Part shown: positions 25,244 to 36,416 of the stretch, in pieces
How positions within the stretch are numbered: the first letter of the stretch is position 1
How the letters are laid out: each line of letters opens with the position of its first letter
Assembly (NCBI GenBank): GCA_002269645.1
Contig: NIVC01001482.1
Coordinates: 124,001 to 188,000 of the forward strand
Reading direction: 5' to 3'
From: Macrostomum lignano
Taxonomy: Eukaryota
Length of the DNA: 64,000 bases
Translations under genes and position numbers: made by a program
The notes under the pieces: model-generated
The model's input: only the letters and a program-made list of their open reading frames with translations
What the model was told of the DNA's origin: nothing
Database searches by the model: none

Positions 25244-28200
25244 ATGTTAATTCTGTTATTGATTCTACTGATTGGTCAGCAGGCTGGTGCTGACTCGGTC
25301 AATCGAACCAACGGCACTTCGTCAATGACGTCAACTGGACCACCAGAGCCGAAAGGTGAAACCGCACATAATAAGGAAGGGTTTTATTGCCTTTGGCACA
25401 GTTACAAGCTGGATATTTATGATTTTACTTGTAGTAACGTACGCAGAAGGGGGGGGGCAGTGGCCCCCTGCCAGTTGTTCCCACAAAAATTAAAGTGGGT
25501 GGCCACCAAGGGACAAGGGCGCCAACTAAGAGACAGGGGCGCCCACTAAGGAGATTTCGGCGCCAAGCAAGACACCAAATATCGGCCTCCCTTAGGGTTG
25601 CGGCCCCCTCCAATTATACTTCCTGCGTTCGCCACTGCCTCTTTGTCTTCCTTTGCCTTATCCTTAGCCTTATCCGTAGCCTTATCCTTAGCCTTAACCT
25701 TAGCCTTAACCTTAGCCTTATCCTTAGCCTTATCCTTAGCTTTATCCTTAGCCTTCACCTTAGGCTTATCCTTAGCCTTAACCTTAGCCTTATCCTTAGC
25801 CTTAGCGGCAAATAATATACTTATTTAATGCTCGATACTCTGCGTCAAAAATCGCAAAGACGAATCCCTCTTTATCTTGGTAGTTCTTACTGTTAATTTT
25901 GAGGCCTTAATATCAACGTAACTTAGATTGGCTATTTGCACTTTTAGTCTGGTTTGCAACCTTCATTGCCGTGCTAGCCATCAGCCTCATTGGTCTGGCC
26001 GCAGTGTCCCTTGTGCCGCTGGCCCAGTCTGCCTACTACAATCATTTTCTGCAGTTCCTTGTGGCCCTGGCAGTCGGATCCCTGACTGGTGATGCCATGC
26101 TGCATCTCCTGCCTCATGTGAGCTTTTGGGCCGTGTTTCGAGCGGGAAAGGGGGGAGGGTGTGTTGAGGCAGGAAATGGAGGGAGGTGTGTGTGCTGGGG
26201 CAGGAAAGGGAGGGAGGTTGGTGTGTTGGTTCATGAAAGGGAGGGAGGTGGGAGTGCTGGGGTAGGAAATGGAGGGAGGTGGGTGTGCTTGGGCATGAAA
26301 GGGAGGGAGGTGCTTGGGCATGAAAGGGAGAGAGGAGGGCAGGGGGCAGCGCCATAGATTTTATGGGGGGGGGGAAACAAAGCAATGAATTTTACATGTA
26401 CATGTCTAAATTTCTACATGTACATCATTTGGAGAATCGGTGTTGTCAACGATCATTTTGGCGCCGCAGGCACTCATTTCGTTTGCTGGAATTTCCTCCC
26501 CACCCAGGCTATAGTGAAGTCAGCAGTGGAGAGTGCCCACTCGAGGCGGTGGCACAACGAGCGACAGACGGTGTTGAAGGGCCTGGCTGCCCTAGCGGGT
26601 GTCTATTGCTTCTTCATCGCCGAGAAGTTAGTGATTCTGGTCACGGAGTACCGGTCCGAGAAGCAGGCTCTGCGGGTGAGATGTGTTGCCTTAGCAATTT
26701 AGCATTGACGAATTCGTCCCTGACCAGCTTGTCATTTTTGCTGTACTTTCATCGTGCACTGCGTACTGCAGAATTGGCATATAGGAGTAATAATCTGCTC
26801 GATTCGAGCTCCCTTTCAAGCCTCGCCCTGCACAAATCCTGTGTTTTTACAATATCCCATCGAGTTTGACGATGGTCCCGGGGTGTGGGAGCTGCTGCTT
26901 CCCTTCCTTTAGTCTGCACTCGCCTGTCCTTTTATCCTCCCCAGTCATAAATCTGAAGCACGACCTCTCTCAGGGCCGGATGGAATATATCTGTAGACGG
27001 ACGTTGCGTGCAAACCGGATTTCCACCTTGGAGAAAAACTCATCACATTTTCCTCAGCCCGTGAAATTTTTAATTTTGTCACGTTGGCAAAGCATTCGTT
27101 CAACTTTAAATCGCGTCTTCGTTGATTATCTAGACGAGCACGAAAATTTATCATCCGGTTGTAGCTTTGGTGCTTTTCTTCTTTTTTAGAGGGGCGCTTA
27201 GAAACATATAATCACGTGACCATAAATAACTCTCATCAAGCAAAACGTCGCCCAATCTGAATCAATGTACACCGCTGCCCACCTCACTCCCGAATCTGAA
27301 TCCATGTACACCGCTGCCCACCTCACTCCCGAATCTGAATCAATGTACACCGCTGCCCACCTCACTCCCCCATCTGAATCCATGTACACCGCTGCCCACC
27401 TCACTCCCGAATCTGAATCAATGTACACCGCTGCCCACCTCACTCCCCCATCTGAATCAATGTACACCGCCGCCCACCTCACTCCCTGATCCTGCCCAAT
27501 CTAGGAGCAGCTGCAAGCTGAACCAGACAGCGCTCCATCCGACGGCTTGGCTGTTTTAGACCGTCAGAGGCGTCGAGTTTCTCGAATGTACGGCGAAAAA
27601 TCCTGCGACGAGCTGATCACCACTGGGCTCGGCAGCAAGGGTGAGATGAGAGTCTCACTTGTAGCCCGCGTGCAACTCGGCCATATAATTAAAGTATCTA
27701 ATCAGAGAGTGAAAGCAGAAAATGCCACTGACGCTTTCACGGTTTCAAAGCTGTTTCATCATAATTTTCTCGCGCAAATATAACCCCGCCCGCTCGCTTC
27801 CCCCGGCGGATCCTAATAATTAGGCGGGAGTAGAGAGGAAAGAAGTTTCTTGTGGCGGGATGAGAAACGAATTTTCGAAGCGGATTCCCTGGGGCCGAGG
27901 GCGAGCCTTCTTGATTAGCCTGGCGAAGGCACAACTCGCTCGCATGCTTTAGCGCTGGAATAATTTTAAGCATGGGGTTTTCCTGCTGTGGGGATCATTA
28001 GATTTTCATTACTTAATAATTACGCTCGTATATCTACAATGTACATACAGTACTGGTGTGAACTGAAGTACGCGCGCCTGCCACACTAGGTAGCTTATAA
28101 TATACCCGAAATTTACTCGAAATTCTACTCATATTTACCCACGTTTGTACCCCAAGTACTTAAAATTGCATCCAGGTACCCAAATTGTACCTAAGTACCT

Positions 28201-31200
28201 AAGATTGTACCAGGTACCTAAGATTGTACCCAGGTACCTAAGATTGTACCCAGACAACCATAATTGTACAGAGGTACCTAAAATGTACCCAAGTATCTAA
28301 AAATGTACCCAGGTACCTAAAAATGTACCCAGGTATCTAAAAATGTACTTAAGTACCTAAAAATGTACCCAGGTATCTAAAATGTACCCAAGTACCTAAA
28401 TATGTACCCAGGTACCTAAAAATGTACCCAGGTACCTAAAAATGTACCCAAGTACCTAAAAATGTACCCAGGTACCTAAAAATGTACCCAGGTACCTAAA
28501 AATGTACCCAGGTATCTAAAATGTACCCAAGTACCTAAATAATGTACCCAGGTACCTAAAAATGTACCCAGGTACCTAAAAATGTATCCAGACACCCAGG
28601 TGCCAAAGAATCTATCTAATTGTTAGCAATTTACTTAGAAGAGATACCACTGAATCTTTAATCCGCAGCCCTGAGAAGTATCGACAATTTTCGAAATCTT
28701 GTCGAACTCTGCGAACTCGAAGAGGTCGATTTCAACAACCACCGAGACGCCTCCGCCGACGCCGCTGCCTCAGCCGCAGACGAAGTCCAGATGGATGTTC
28801 GCAACAGCGTTGCAGACGATAATTGCAAACATGGTCACAGCCACGGCGGTCAAGGACAACTGGCCTCAATGGCCTGGATGGTGGTCCTTGGCGATGGGCT
28901 GCACAATTTCGCTGACGGCATGGCGATTGGAGCCGCCTTCGCGCAGAGCCTGGCTGGCGGGCTGTCCACCAGCCTGGCGGTGCTGTGCCACGAGCTGCCG
29001 CACGAGCTGGGTGAGTCCGAGGCGTGAGAGTCCGTAGCTGTGAGGTGTGAGAGTCCCTAGCTGTGAGGTGTGAGATTCCGTAGCTGTGAGGTGTGAGAGT
29101 CCGTAGCTGTGAGGTGTGAGAGTCCCTAGCTGTGAGATGTGAGAGTCCCTAGCTGTGAGGTGTGAGAGTCCCTAGCTGTGAGGTGTGAGAGTCCCTAGCT
29201 GTGAGGTGTAGGAGTCCCTAGCTGTGAGATGTGAGAGTCCCTAGCTGTGAGGTGTGAGAGTCCCTAGCTGTGAGGTGTGAGAGTCCCTAGCTGTGAGGTG
29301 TAAGAGTCCCTAGCTGTGAGGTGTGAGAGTCCCTAGCTGTGAGGTGTGAGAGTCCCTAGCTGTGAGGTGTAAGAGTCCCTAGCTGTGAGGTGTGAGAGTC
29401 CCTAGCTGTGAGGTGTAAGAGTCCCTAGCTGTGAGGTGTAAGAGTCCATAGCTGTGAGGTGTGAGAGTCCCTTAGCTATGAGGTGTGAGAGTCCGTAGCT
29501 GTGAGGTGTGAGAGTCCAAAGCCGCAGGCTGAGAGTCCAAAGCCGCAGGCTGAGAGTCCAAAGCCGCAGGCTGAGAGTTCAAAGCCGCAGGCTGAGAGTC
29601 CAAAGCCGCAGGCTGAGAGTCCTAAGCCGCAGGCTGAGAGTTCAAAGCCGCAGGCTGAGAGTCCAAAGCCGCAGGCTGAGAGTTCAAAGCCGCAGGCTGA
29701 GAGTTCAAAGCCGCAGGCTGAGAGTCCAAAGCCGCAGGCTGAGAGTCCAAAGCCGCAGGCTGAGAGTCCAAAGCCGCAGGCTGAGAGTCCAAAGCCACAG
29801 GCTGAGAGTCCAAAGCCGCAGGCTGAGAGTCCAAAGCCGCAGGCTGAGAGTCCAAAGCCGCAGGCTGAGAGTCCTAAGCCGCAGGCTGAGAGTCCAAAGC
29901 CGCAGGCTGAGAGTCCTAAGCCGCAGGCTGAGAGTCCAAAGCCGCAGGCTGAGAGTCCAAAGCCGCAGGCTGAGAGTCCTAAGCCGCAGGCTGAGAGTCC
30001 AAAGCCGCAGGCTGAGAGTCCATAGCCGCAGGCTGAGAGTCCAAAGCCGCAGGCTGAGAGTCCAAAGCCGCAGGCTGAGAGTCCAAAGCCGCAGGCTGAG
30101 AGTCCAAAGCCGCAGGCTGAGAGTCCAAAGCCGCAGGCTGAGAGTCCAAAGCCGCAGGCTGAGAGTCCAAAGCCGCAGGCTGAGAGTCCAAAGCCGCAGG
30201 CTGAGAGTCCTAAGCCGCAGGCTGAGAGTCCTAAGCCGCAGTCTGAGAGTCCAAAGCCGCAGGCTGAGAGTCCAAAGCCGCAGGCTGAGAGTCCAAAGCC
30301 GCAGGCTGAGAGTCCTAAGCCGCAGGCTGAGAGTCCAAAGCCGCAGGCTGAGAGTCCTAAGCCGCAGGCTGAGAGTCCTAAGCCGCAGGCTGAGAGTCCA
30401 AAGCCGCAGGCTGAGAGTCCAAAGCCGCAGGCTGAGAGTCCAAAGCCGCAGGCTGAGAGTCCTAAGCCGCAGGCTGAGAGTCCAAAGCCGCAGGCTGAGA
30501 GTCCTAAGCCGCAGGCTGAGAGTCCAAAGCCGCAGGCTGAGAGTCCAAAGCCGCAGGCTGAGAGTCCAAAGCCGCAGGCTGAGAGTCCAAAGCCGCAGGC
30601 TGAGAGTCCAAAGCCGCAGGCTGAGAGTCCTAAGCCGCAGGCTGAGAGTCCAAAGCCGCAGGCTGAGAGTCCAAAGCCGCAGGCTGAGAGTCCAAAGCCG
30701 CAGGCTGAGAGTCCAAAGCCGCAGGCTGAGAGTCCAAAGCCGCAGGCTGAGAGTCCAGATCCCGCTCTGTCTCGACCAGGCGACTTCGCGGTGCTGCTGA
30801 AGACGGGGATGCCGCCGCGCCGCGCCCTGCTGTGCAACGCGCTCTCCTCAGCCCTGGCCGCCGCAGGCGCCGCGGTGGGCGTCTGCGCCGGGAACGCTAC
30901 GAACGCCAGCTACTGGATCTTCGCCGTGACTGGCGGGATCTTCGTGTACATCTCGCTGGTAGACATGGTAAGGCCGGCTGACCGAACCCAGCCTGTCTTC
31001 TTGCTCCTGCTCAGCTGCTTACTTAGCTACTCACTCAGCTACTCACTCAGCTACTCACTAAGCTACTCACTCAGCTACTCACTCAGCTGCTCACTCAGCT
31101 ACTCACTCAGCTACTCACTCAGCTACTCACTCAGCTGCTCCCTCAGCTACTCACTCAGCTACTCACTCAGCTGCTCACTCAGCTACTCACTCAGCTACTC

Positions 31201-32137
31201 ACTCAGCTACTCACTCAGCTACTCACTCAGCTACTCACTCAGCTGCTCACTCAGCTACTCACTCAGCTACTCACTCAGCTGCTCCCTCATCTGTTCACTC
31301 AGCTGCTCACTCGTCTGTTCACTCGGCTACTCACTCAGCTACTGACTCAACTACTCACTCAGCTACTCACTCAGCTAATCACTAAGCTACTCACTCAGCT
31401 AATTACTCAGCTGCTCACTCAGCTAATCACTCTGCTGCTCACTCAGCTACTCACTCAACTACTCACTCAGCTACTCACTCAGCTAATCACTCAGCTGCTC
31501 ACTCAGCTAACCACTCTGCTGCTCACTCAACTACTCACTTAGCTAATCACTCTGTTGCTCACTCAGCTACTCACTCAGCTACTCACTCATCTACTCACTC
31601 AGCTACTCACTCAGCTGCTCACTTAGCTACTCACTCAGCTACTCACTCAGCTACTCACTCAGCTACTCACTCAACTACTCACTCAGCTACTCACTCAGCT
31701 GCTCACTTAGCTACTCACTAAGCTACTTACTCAGCTACTCACTAAGCTACTCACTCAGCTACTCACTAAGCTACTCACTCAGCTACTCACTACGCTACTC
31801 ACTCAGCTACTCACTACGCTACTCACTCAGCTACTCACTCAGCTACTCACTCACATCCTAAGTAAGCTACTTACTCAGCTGCTTGGTCAGCTACTTACTA
31901 AATATTCCACCCAACCGCTAAGACAAATATTTGATTCACTCAGCCGCACTACCTGCCTCCCCACCCCGCCTTGACCAGCTGCCGGAGCTCAACCTCGTTC
32001 ACGTGAAATCCGGTGAGTCCCGGCTGGCACACTTCGCCCTGCAAAATGCTGGCATCGCCACCGGCGTCGGCACCATGCTGGTCATCGCGCTGTTCGAGGA
32101 CAGCCTCCGGGCTCTGCTGGGTGACACTGAGCACTGA
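25244..32137 (+). CDS. LIV-1 subfamily SLC39A/ZIP zinc transporter (ZIP5/6/10/FOI-like)
   Basis: Exons 25244 (or acceptor at 25280/25283)-25355, 25948-26117, 26508-26675, 27505-27640, 28669-29010, 30780-30967, 31979-32137, all GT-AG and phase-compatible. Motifs [57 protein letters not shown]. True N-terminus uncertain. Confidence 0.92.
25432..25637. mobile_element. Possible degenerate MITE in ZIP intron 1
   Basis: Left TAGTAACGTACGCAGAAG versus right end (reverse complement) CAGTGGCGAACGCAGGAAG. No TSD. Confidence 0.35.
25660..25806. repeat. Hexamer repeat (CCTTAG/CCTTAA/CCTTAT)
   Basis: Seen directly in ZIP intron 1. Confidence 0.9.
26135..26345. repeat. G-rich degenerate tandem repeat in ZIP intron 2
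   Basis: GGGAGGGAGGTGGGTGTGCT...GAAA units. Confidence 0.75.
27256..27487. repeat. 39-bp minisatellite in ZIP intron 3
   Basis: Unit ATCTGAATCAATGTACACCGCTGCCCACCTCACTCCC(GA/CC). Confidence 0.95.
28170..28600. repeat. 20-bp minisatellite in ZIP intron 4
   Basis: Unit GTACCCAGGTACCTAAAAAT. Confidence 0.95.
29024..30757. repeat. Two-phase minisatellite filling ZIP intron 5
   Basis: ~23-bp GTGAGAGTCCCTAGCTGTGAGGT up to ~29510, then 21-bp GAGAGTCCAAAGCCGCAGGCT. Confidence 0.97.
31015..31890. repeat. 12-bp minisatellite in ZIP intron 6
   Basis: Unit TCAGCTACTCAC. Confidence 0.97.
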
Positions 32138-32164
32138 GCTGATCTGGCCTGAATCATTGATAGA

Positions 32165-33445
32165 GTAGAATGGATTTCTAATCTAGCCTACATCAATAAA
32201 GGAACAGAATGGATTGCTAATCTAGCCTACATCAATGAAGGAATAGAATGGATTGCTAATCTAGCCTACCCAAATGAAGGAATAGAATGGATTGCTAATC
32301 TAGCCTACATGAATGAAGGAATAGAATGGATTTCTAATCTAGCCTACATCAATAAAGGAACAGAATGGATTGCTAATCTAGCCTACACAAATGAAGGAAT
32401 AGAATGGATTGCTAATCTAGCCTACACAAATGAAGGAATAGAATGGATTGGTAATCTAGCCTACCCAAATGAAGGAATAAAATGGATTGCTAATCTAGCC
32501 TACCCAAATGAAGGAATAAAATGGATTGCTAATCTAGCCTACCCAAATGAAGGAATAAAATGGATTGCTAATCTAGCCTACCCAAATGAAGGAATAGAAT
32601 GGATTGCTAATCTAGCCTACATCAATGAAGGAATAGAATGGATTGCTAATCTAGCCTACATCAATGAAGGAATAGAATGGATTGCTAATCTAACCTACAT
32701 CAATGAAGGAATAGAATGGATTGCTAATCTAGCCTACATCAATGAAGGAATAGAATGGATTGCTAATCTAGCCTACATCAATGAAGGAATAGAATGGATT
32801 GCTAATCTAACCTACATCAATGAAGGAATAGAATGGATTGCTAATCTAGCCTACATCAGTGAAGGAATAGAATGGATTGCTAATCTAGCCTACCCAAATG
32901 AAGGAATAGAATGGATTGCTAATCTAGCCTACATCAATGAAGGAATAGAATGGATTGCTAATCCAGCCTACCCAAATGAAGGAATAGAATGGATTGCTAA
33001 TCTAGCCTACATCAATGAAGGAATAGAATGGATTGCTAATCTAGCCTACATCAATGAAGGAATAGAATGGATTGCTAATCTAGCCTACATCAATGAAGGA
33101 ATAGAATGGATTGCTAATCTAGCCTGCATCAGTGAAGGAATAGAATGGATTGCTAATCTAGCCTACATCAATGAAGGAATAGAATGGATTGCTAATCTAG
33201 CCTACATCAATGAAGGAATAGAATGGATTGCTAATCTAGCCTGCATCAATGAAGGAATAGAATGGATTGCTAATCTAGCCTACACCAATGAATAGAATGG
33301 ATTGCTAATCTAGCCTACATCAATGAATAGAATGGATTGCTAATCTAGCCTACACCAATGAATAGAATGGATTGCTAATCTAGCCTTCACCAATGAATAG
33401 AATGGATTGCTAATCTAGCCTGCATCAATGAAGGAATAGAATGGT
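32165..33445. repeat. 39-bp minisatellite directly after the ZIP stop codon
   Basis: Unit GAATGGATTGCTAATCTAGCCTACATCAATGAAGGAATA. Confidence 0.97.
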
Positions 33446-34044
33446 CATATAGATGCAGAACAAACAGAACTTATTCACTTCAAGCTCCATAAAAGCCGAG
33501 CTCTCAGCTCACTCAGCTTGTTAACAACTGCTGCTTCTGTGGCAATAGTCAAACCAGCTTTAGGCTAGGCTTTCGTTTGAAGCCTTTTCCAGAGGCGCAG
33601 AGAGAAGAAGAGCCTCATGCCTGACCACAATTCATGCTGGCATTGCGTCCGAAGTAAACAGTTGTTTTGACACAATGAATTCGGCAGCTCGCTCTGGAGC
33701 CGTCGCCGCCGCCCCGCAGTTGTGTGAAGGGCCTGCAAGCACATTGTGAGTCGGCTGCCTCACTTGCAGCCTCATCAATGCGCTGATGTGCGCTGAAATC
33801 TGCCTCCCTAATAAAGAACTCGTAGCACTTTTGATGCTCTACCGTCAGTCCTAATCTGCTTTTGATTTGTTCACATTTCTTTGTGAAAATATAGCCATCA
33901 CATTGCTTTATATTTCACATCAATGAGGACAGTTGCTATGCAGCTAATATTAGCTGATTAAGAAACTCTGGATAGTCGCGCTTATTTCTATCTTGTGCAC
34001 CTTAGCAACTGTGAGCACCATAGCTCACATAGCATAAAGTGAGT

Positions 34045-34950
34045 CTTCCCACTCTCATTCTTCCCACTCTCCCTCTACCCAATTTCTATCTTTCCACTCT
34101 CCCTCTCTCCACTCTATATCTCCTCACTCTCCCTCTCCTCACTCTCCCTCTCCTCACTCTCCCTCTCCTCACTCTCCATCTCTCCACTCTCCCTCTCTCC
34201 ACTCTCCATCTCCTCACTCTCCCTCTCCTCACTCTCCCTCTCCTCACTCTCCCTCTCCTCACTCTCCCTCTCCTCACTCTCCCTCTCCTCACTCTCCCTC
34301 TCCTCACTCTCCCTCTCCTCACTCTCCCTCTCCTCACTCTCCCACTCTCTCCCTCTCCTCACTCTCCCTCTCCTCACTCTCCCTCTCCTCACTCTCCCTC
34401 TCCTCACTCTCCCTCTCCTCACTCTCCCTCTCCTCACTCTCCCTCTCCTCACTCTCCCTCTCCTCACTCTCCATCTCTCCACTCTCCCTCTCTCCACTCT
34501 CCCTCTCTCCACTCTCCCTCTCCCCACTCTCCATCTCCTCACTCTCCTTCTCTCCACTCTCCCTCTCTCCACTCTCCCTCTCTCCACTCTCCATCTCCTC
34601 ACTCTCCTTCTCTCCACTCTCTCTCTCTCCACTCTCCCTCTCTCCACTCTCCATCTCTCCACTCTCTCTCTCTCTCCACTCTCCCTCTCTCCACTCTCCA
34701 TCTCTCCACTCTCCCTCTCTCCACTCTCCATCTCTCCACTCTCTATCTCTCCACTCTCCTTCTCTCCACTCTCCATCTCTCCACTCTCCTCTCCACTCTC
34801 CATCTCTCCACTCTCCCTCTCTCCACTCTCCTTTTCTCCACTCTCCATCTCCTCACTCTCCTTCTCTCCACTCTCCATCTCTCCACTCTCCATCTTTCCA
34901 CTCTCCATCTTGCCACTCTCCCACTCTCTCCCTCTCTTCTCCCTCTCTCA
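34045..34950. repeat. CT-rich 15-bp minisatellite
   Basis: Unit ACTCTCCCTCTCCTC and variants. Confidence 0.95.
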
Positions 34951-35299
34951 TTCGCTCCCAATGTCTGCCTGAATTGCAAGTTGATTCACAATTAGCCTGC
35001 ATTTCTATACTTTCGTCCAGCCCAACCACTGGATGAAATTGAGCCCTGCCATTGTCCGTGGGTAGAGTCGAAGGATGATGGAGGCAACTTTTCTGGTTTG
35101 ATTCGAGTCCGAGGGTCAAGCTGCTCTTTATTAATAAAAATTCTAAAAATAGCAGAGAGTTTAAAACTGCAGTTTTTCAAACTGGCAGGTGACCAGTTCG
35201 GCTCGAGAACAATAGAGCCAAATTAATTCCAAAGCAAAGTATTCGTGTTTAAATTAATTGCTTCATTGTTTATCTGTTTGTAGTGCTTTTCCTGGATAT

Positions 35300-35690
35300 A
35301 CCTGACCTAATCAGTGTGTCATAGTGGTGCACTGTGACTGACCTAATCAGTGTGTCATAGTGTTGCACTGTGACTGACCTAATCAATGTCATACTGGTGC
35401 TCTGTGCTCTGATACTGACCTAATCAGTGTGTCATATTGGTGTGCTATGCTCTGATACTGACCTAATCAGTGTGTCATAGTGGTGCTCTATGCTCTGATA
35501 CTGACCTAATCAGTGTGTCATAGTGGTGCTCTTTGCTCTGATACTGACCTAATCAGTGTGTCATACTGGTGCTCTGTGCTCTGATACTGACCTAATCAGT
35601 GTGTCATAGTGGTGCTCTGTGCTCTGATACTGACCTAATCAGTGTGTCATAGTGGTTCTCTGTGCTCTGATACTGACCTAATCATTGTCA
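35300..35690. repeat. 43-bp minisatellite
   Basis: Unit GACCTAATCAGTGTGTCATAGTGGTGCTCTGTGCTCTGATACT. Confidence 0.95.
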
Positions 35691-36103
35691 TAGCGTCCAT
35701 TTCTAGCTATTCACAGTATAACAGCACAATAAAATGCTTGGCACTAAAGTCCTACTTAAAGACCAGGCCAAGCAAACTGAGCTTAAGCCACAGAGAATGA
35801 ATGAATCAAAGACAACAATATACGAGCTGCATTGCCTACACCTGGACAGGTACAGAGTTGCACAGTATACGGGGCAAGTCTCTCTGAAAGGTAAAACCAC
35901 CTGCTGTCAGCCTGTGACTCCGTGCACACCGCACACCCCAAAACAGTAGTTGAAGAGAAGGGGGGTCGCTGATGTGTAAGGGCAGGGAGCAACTGCTCAT
36001 CAATGCTATTATGCCGTTCTATAATGCCCAGAAAGCACTGCCTGACTGACACACAGAGCTGCTGCCAGTTTGCTGTCTTAACTTCTAGGAAAATCTAGAC
36101 TTT

Positions 36104-36104
36104 G

Positions 36105-36135
<31 letters not shown>

Positions 36136-36164
36136 ACCTGCCTGCCTGCCTGCCTGCCTGCCTG
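36104..36164. repeat. (GCCT)n microsatellite
   Basis: Seen directly. Confidence 0.95.
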
Positions 36165-36416
36165 CGCTCGACCGTTCTCCACTTCAAACCGCTCCGGAGC
36201 AGGTCTGAGCAGGCAGGCGGGTGGTGCTCGCGGACGGCGAGATGTGATATATATATACACAGGGGCATGCATACACAGCTCAAGGCCTGGAGCTACTCAA
36301 ACGTTTTCAACCGACTGACGCGAGAAGACAATAAAAAAAGACGATAGAAAACACTGGGGTGCCTCAGTTTAGTAAATTATTTCAATAGTAATTAGCTATC
36401 TGTGAATTTACTCGTC

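Noticed and set aside
29476-30837. Long ORFs (453, 430 and 174 aa) with GLSACGF / ESPKPQA repeats
   Set aside because: They arise from a 21-bp array between a clear donor (29011) and acceptor (30779) of the ZIP gene.
32309-33295. 328-aa ORF of NEGIEWIANLAYI repeats resembling a solenoid protein
   Set aside because: It is one stop-free frame of a 39-bp array that starts before the ATG and continues after the stop; it has no unique flanking domain and synonymous sites are not diversified.
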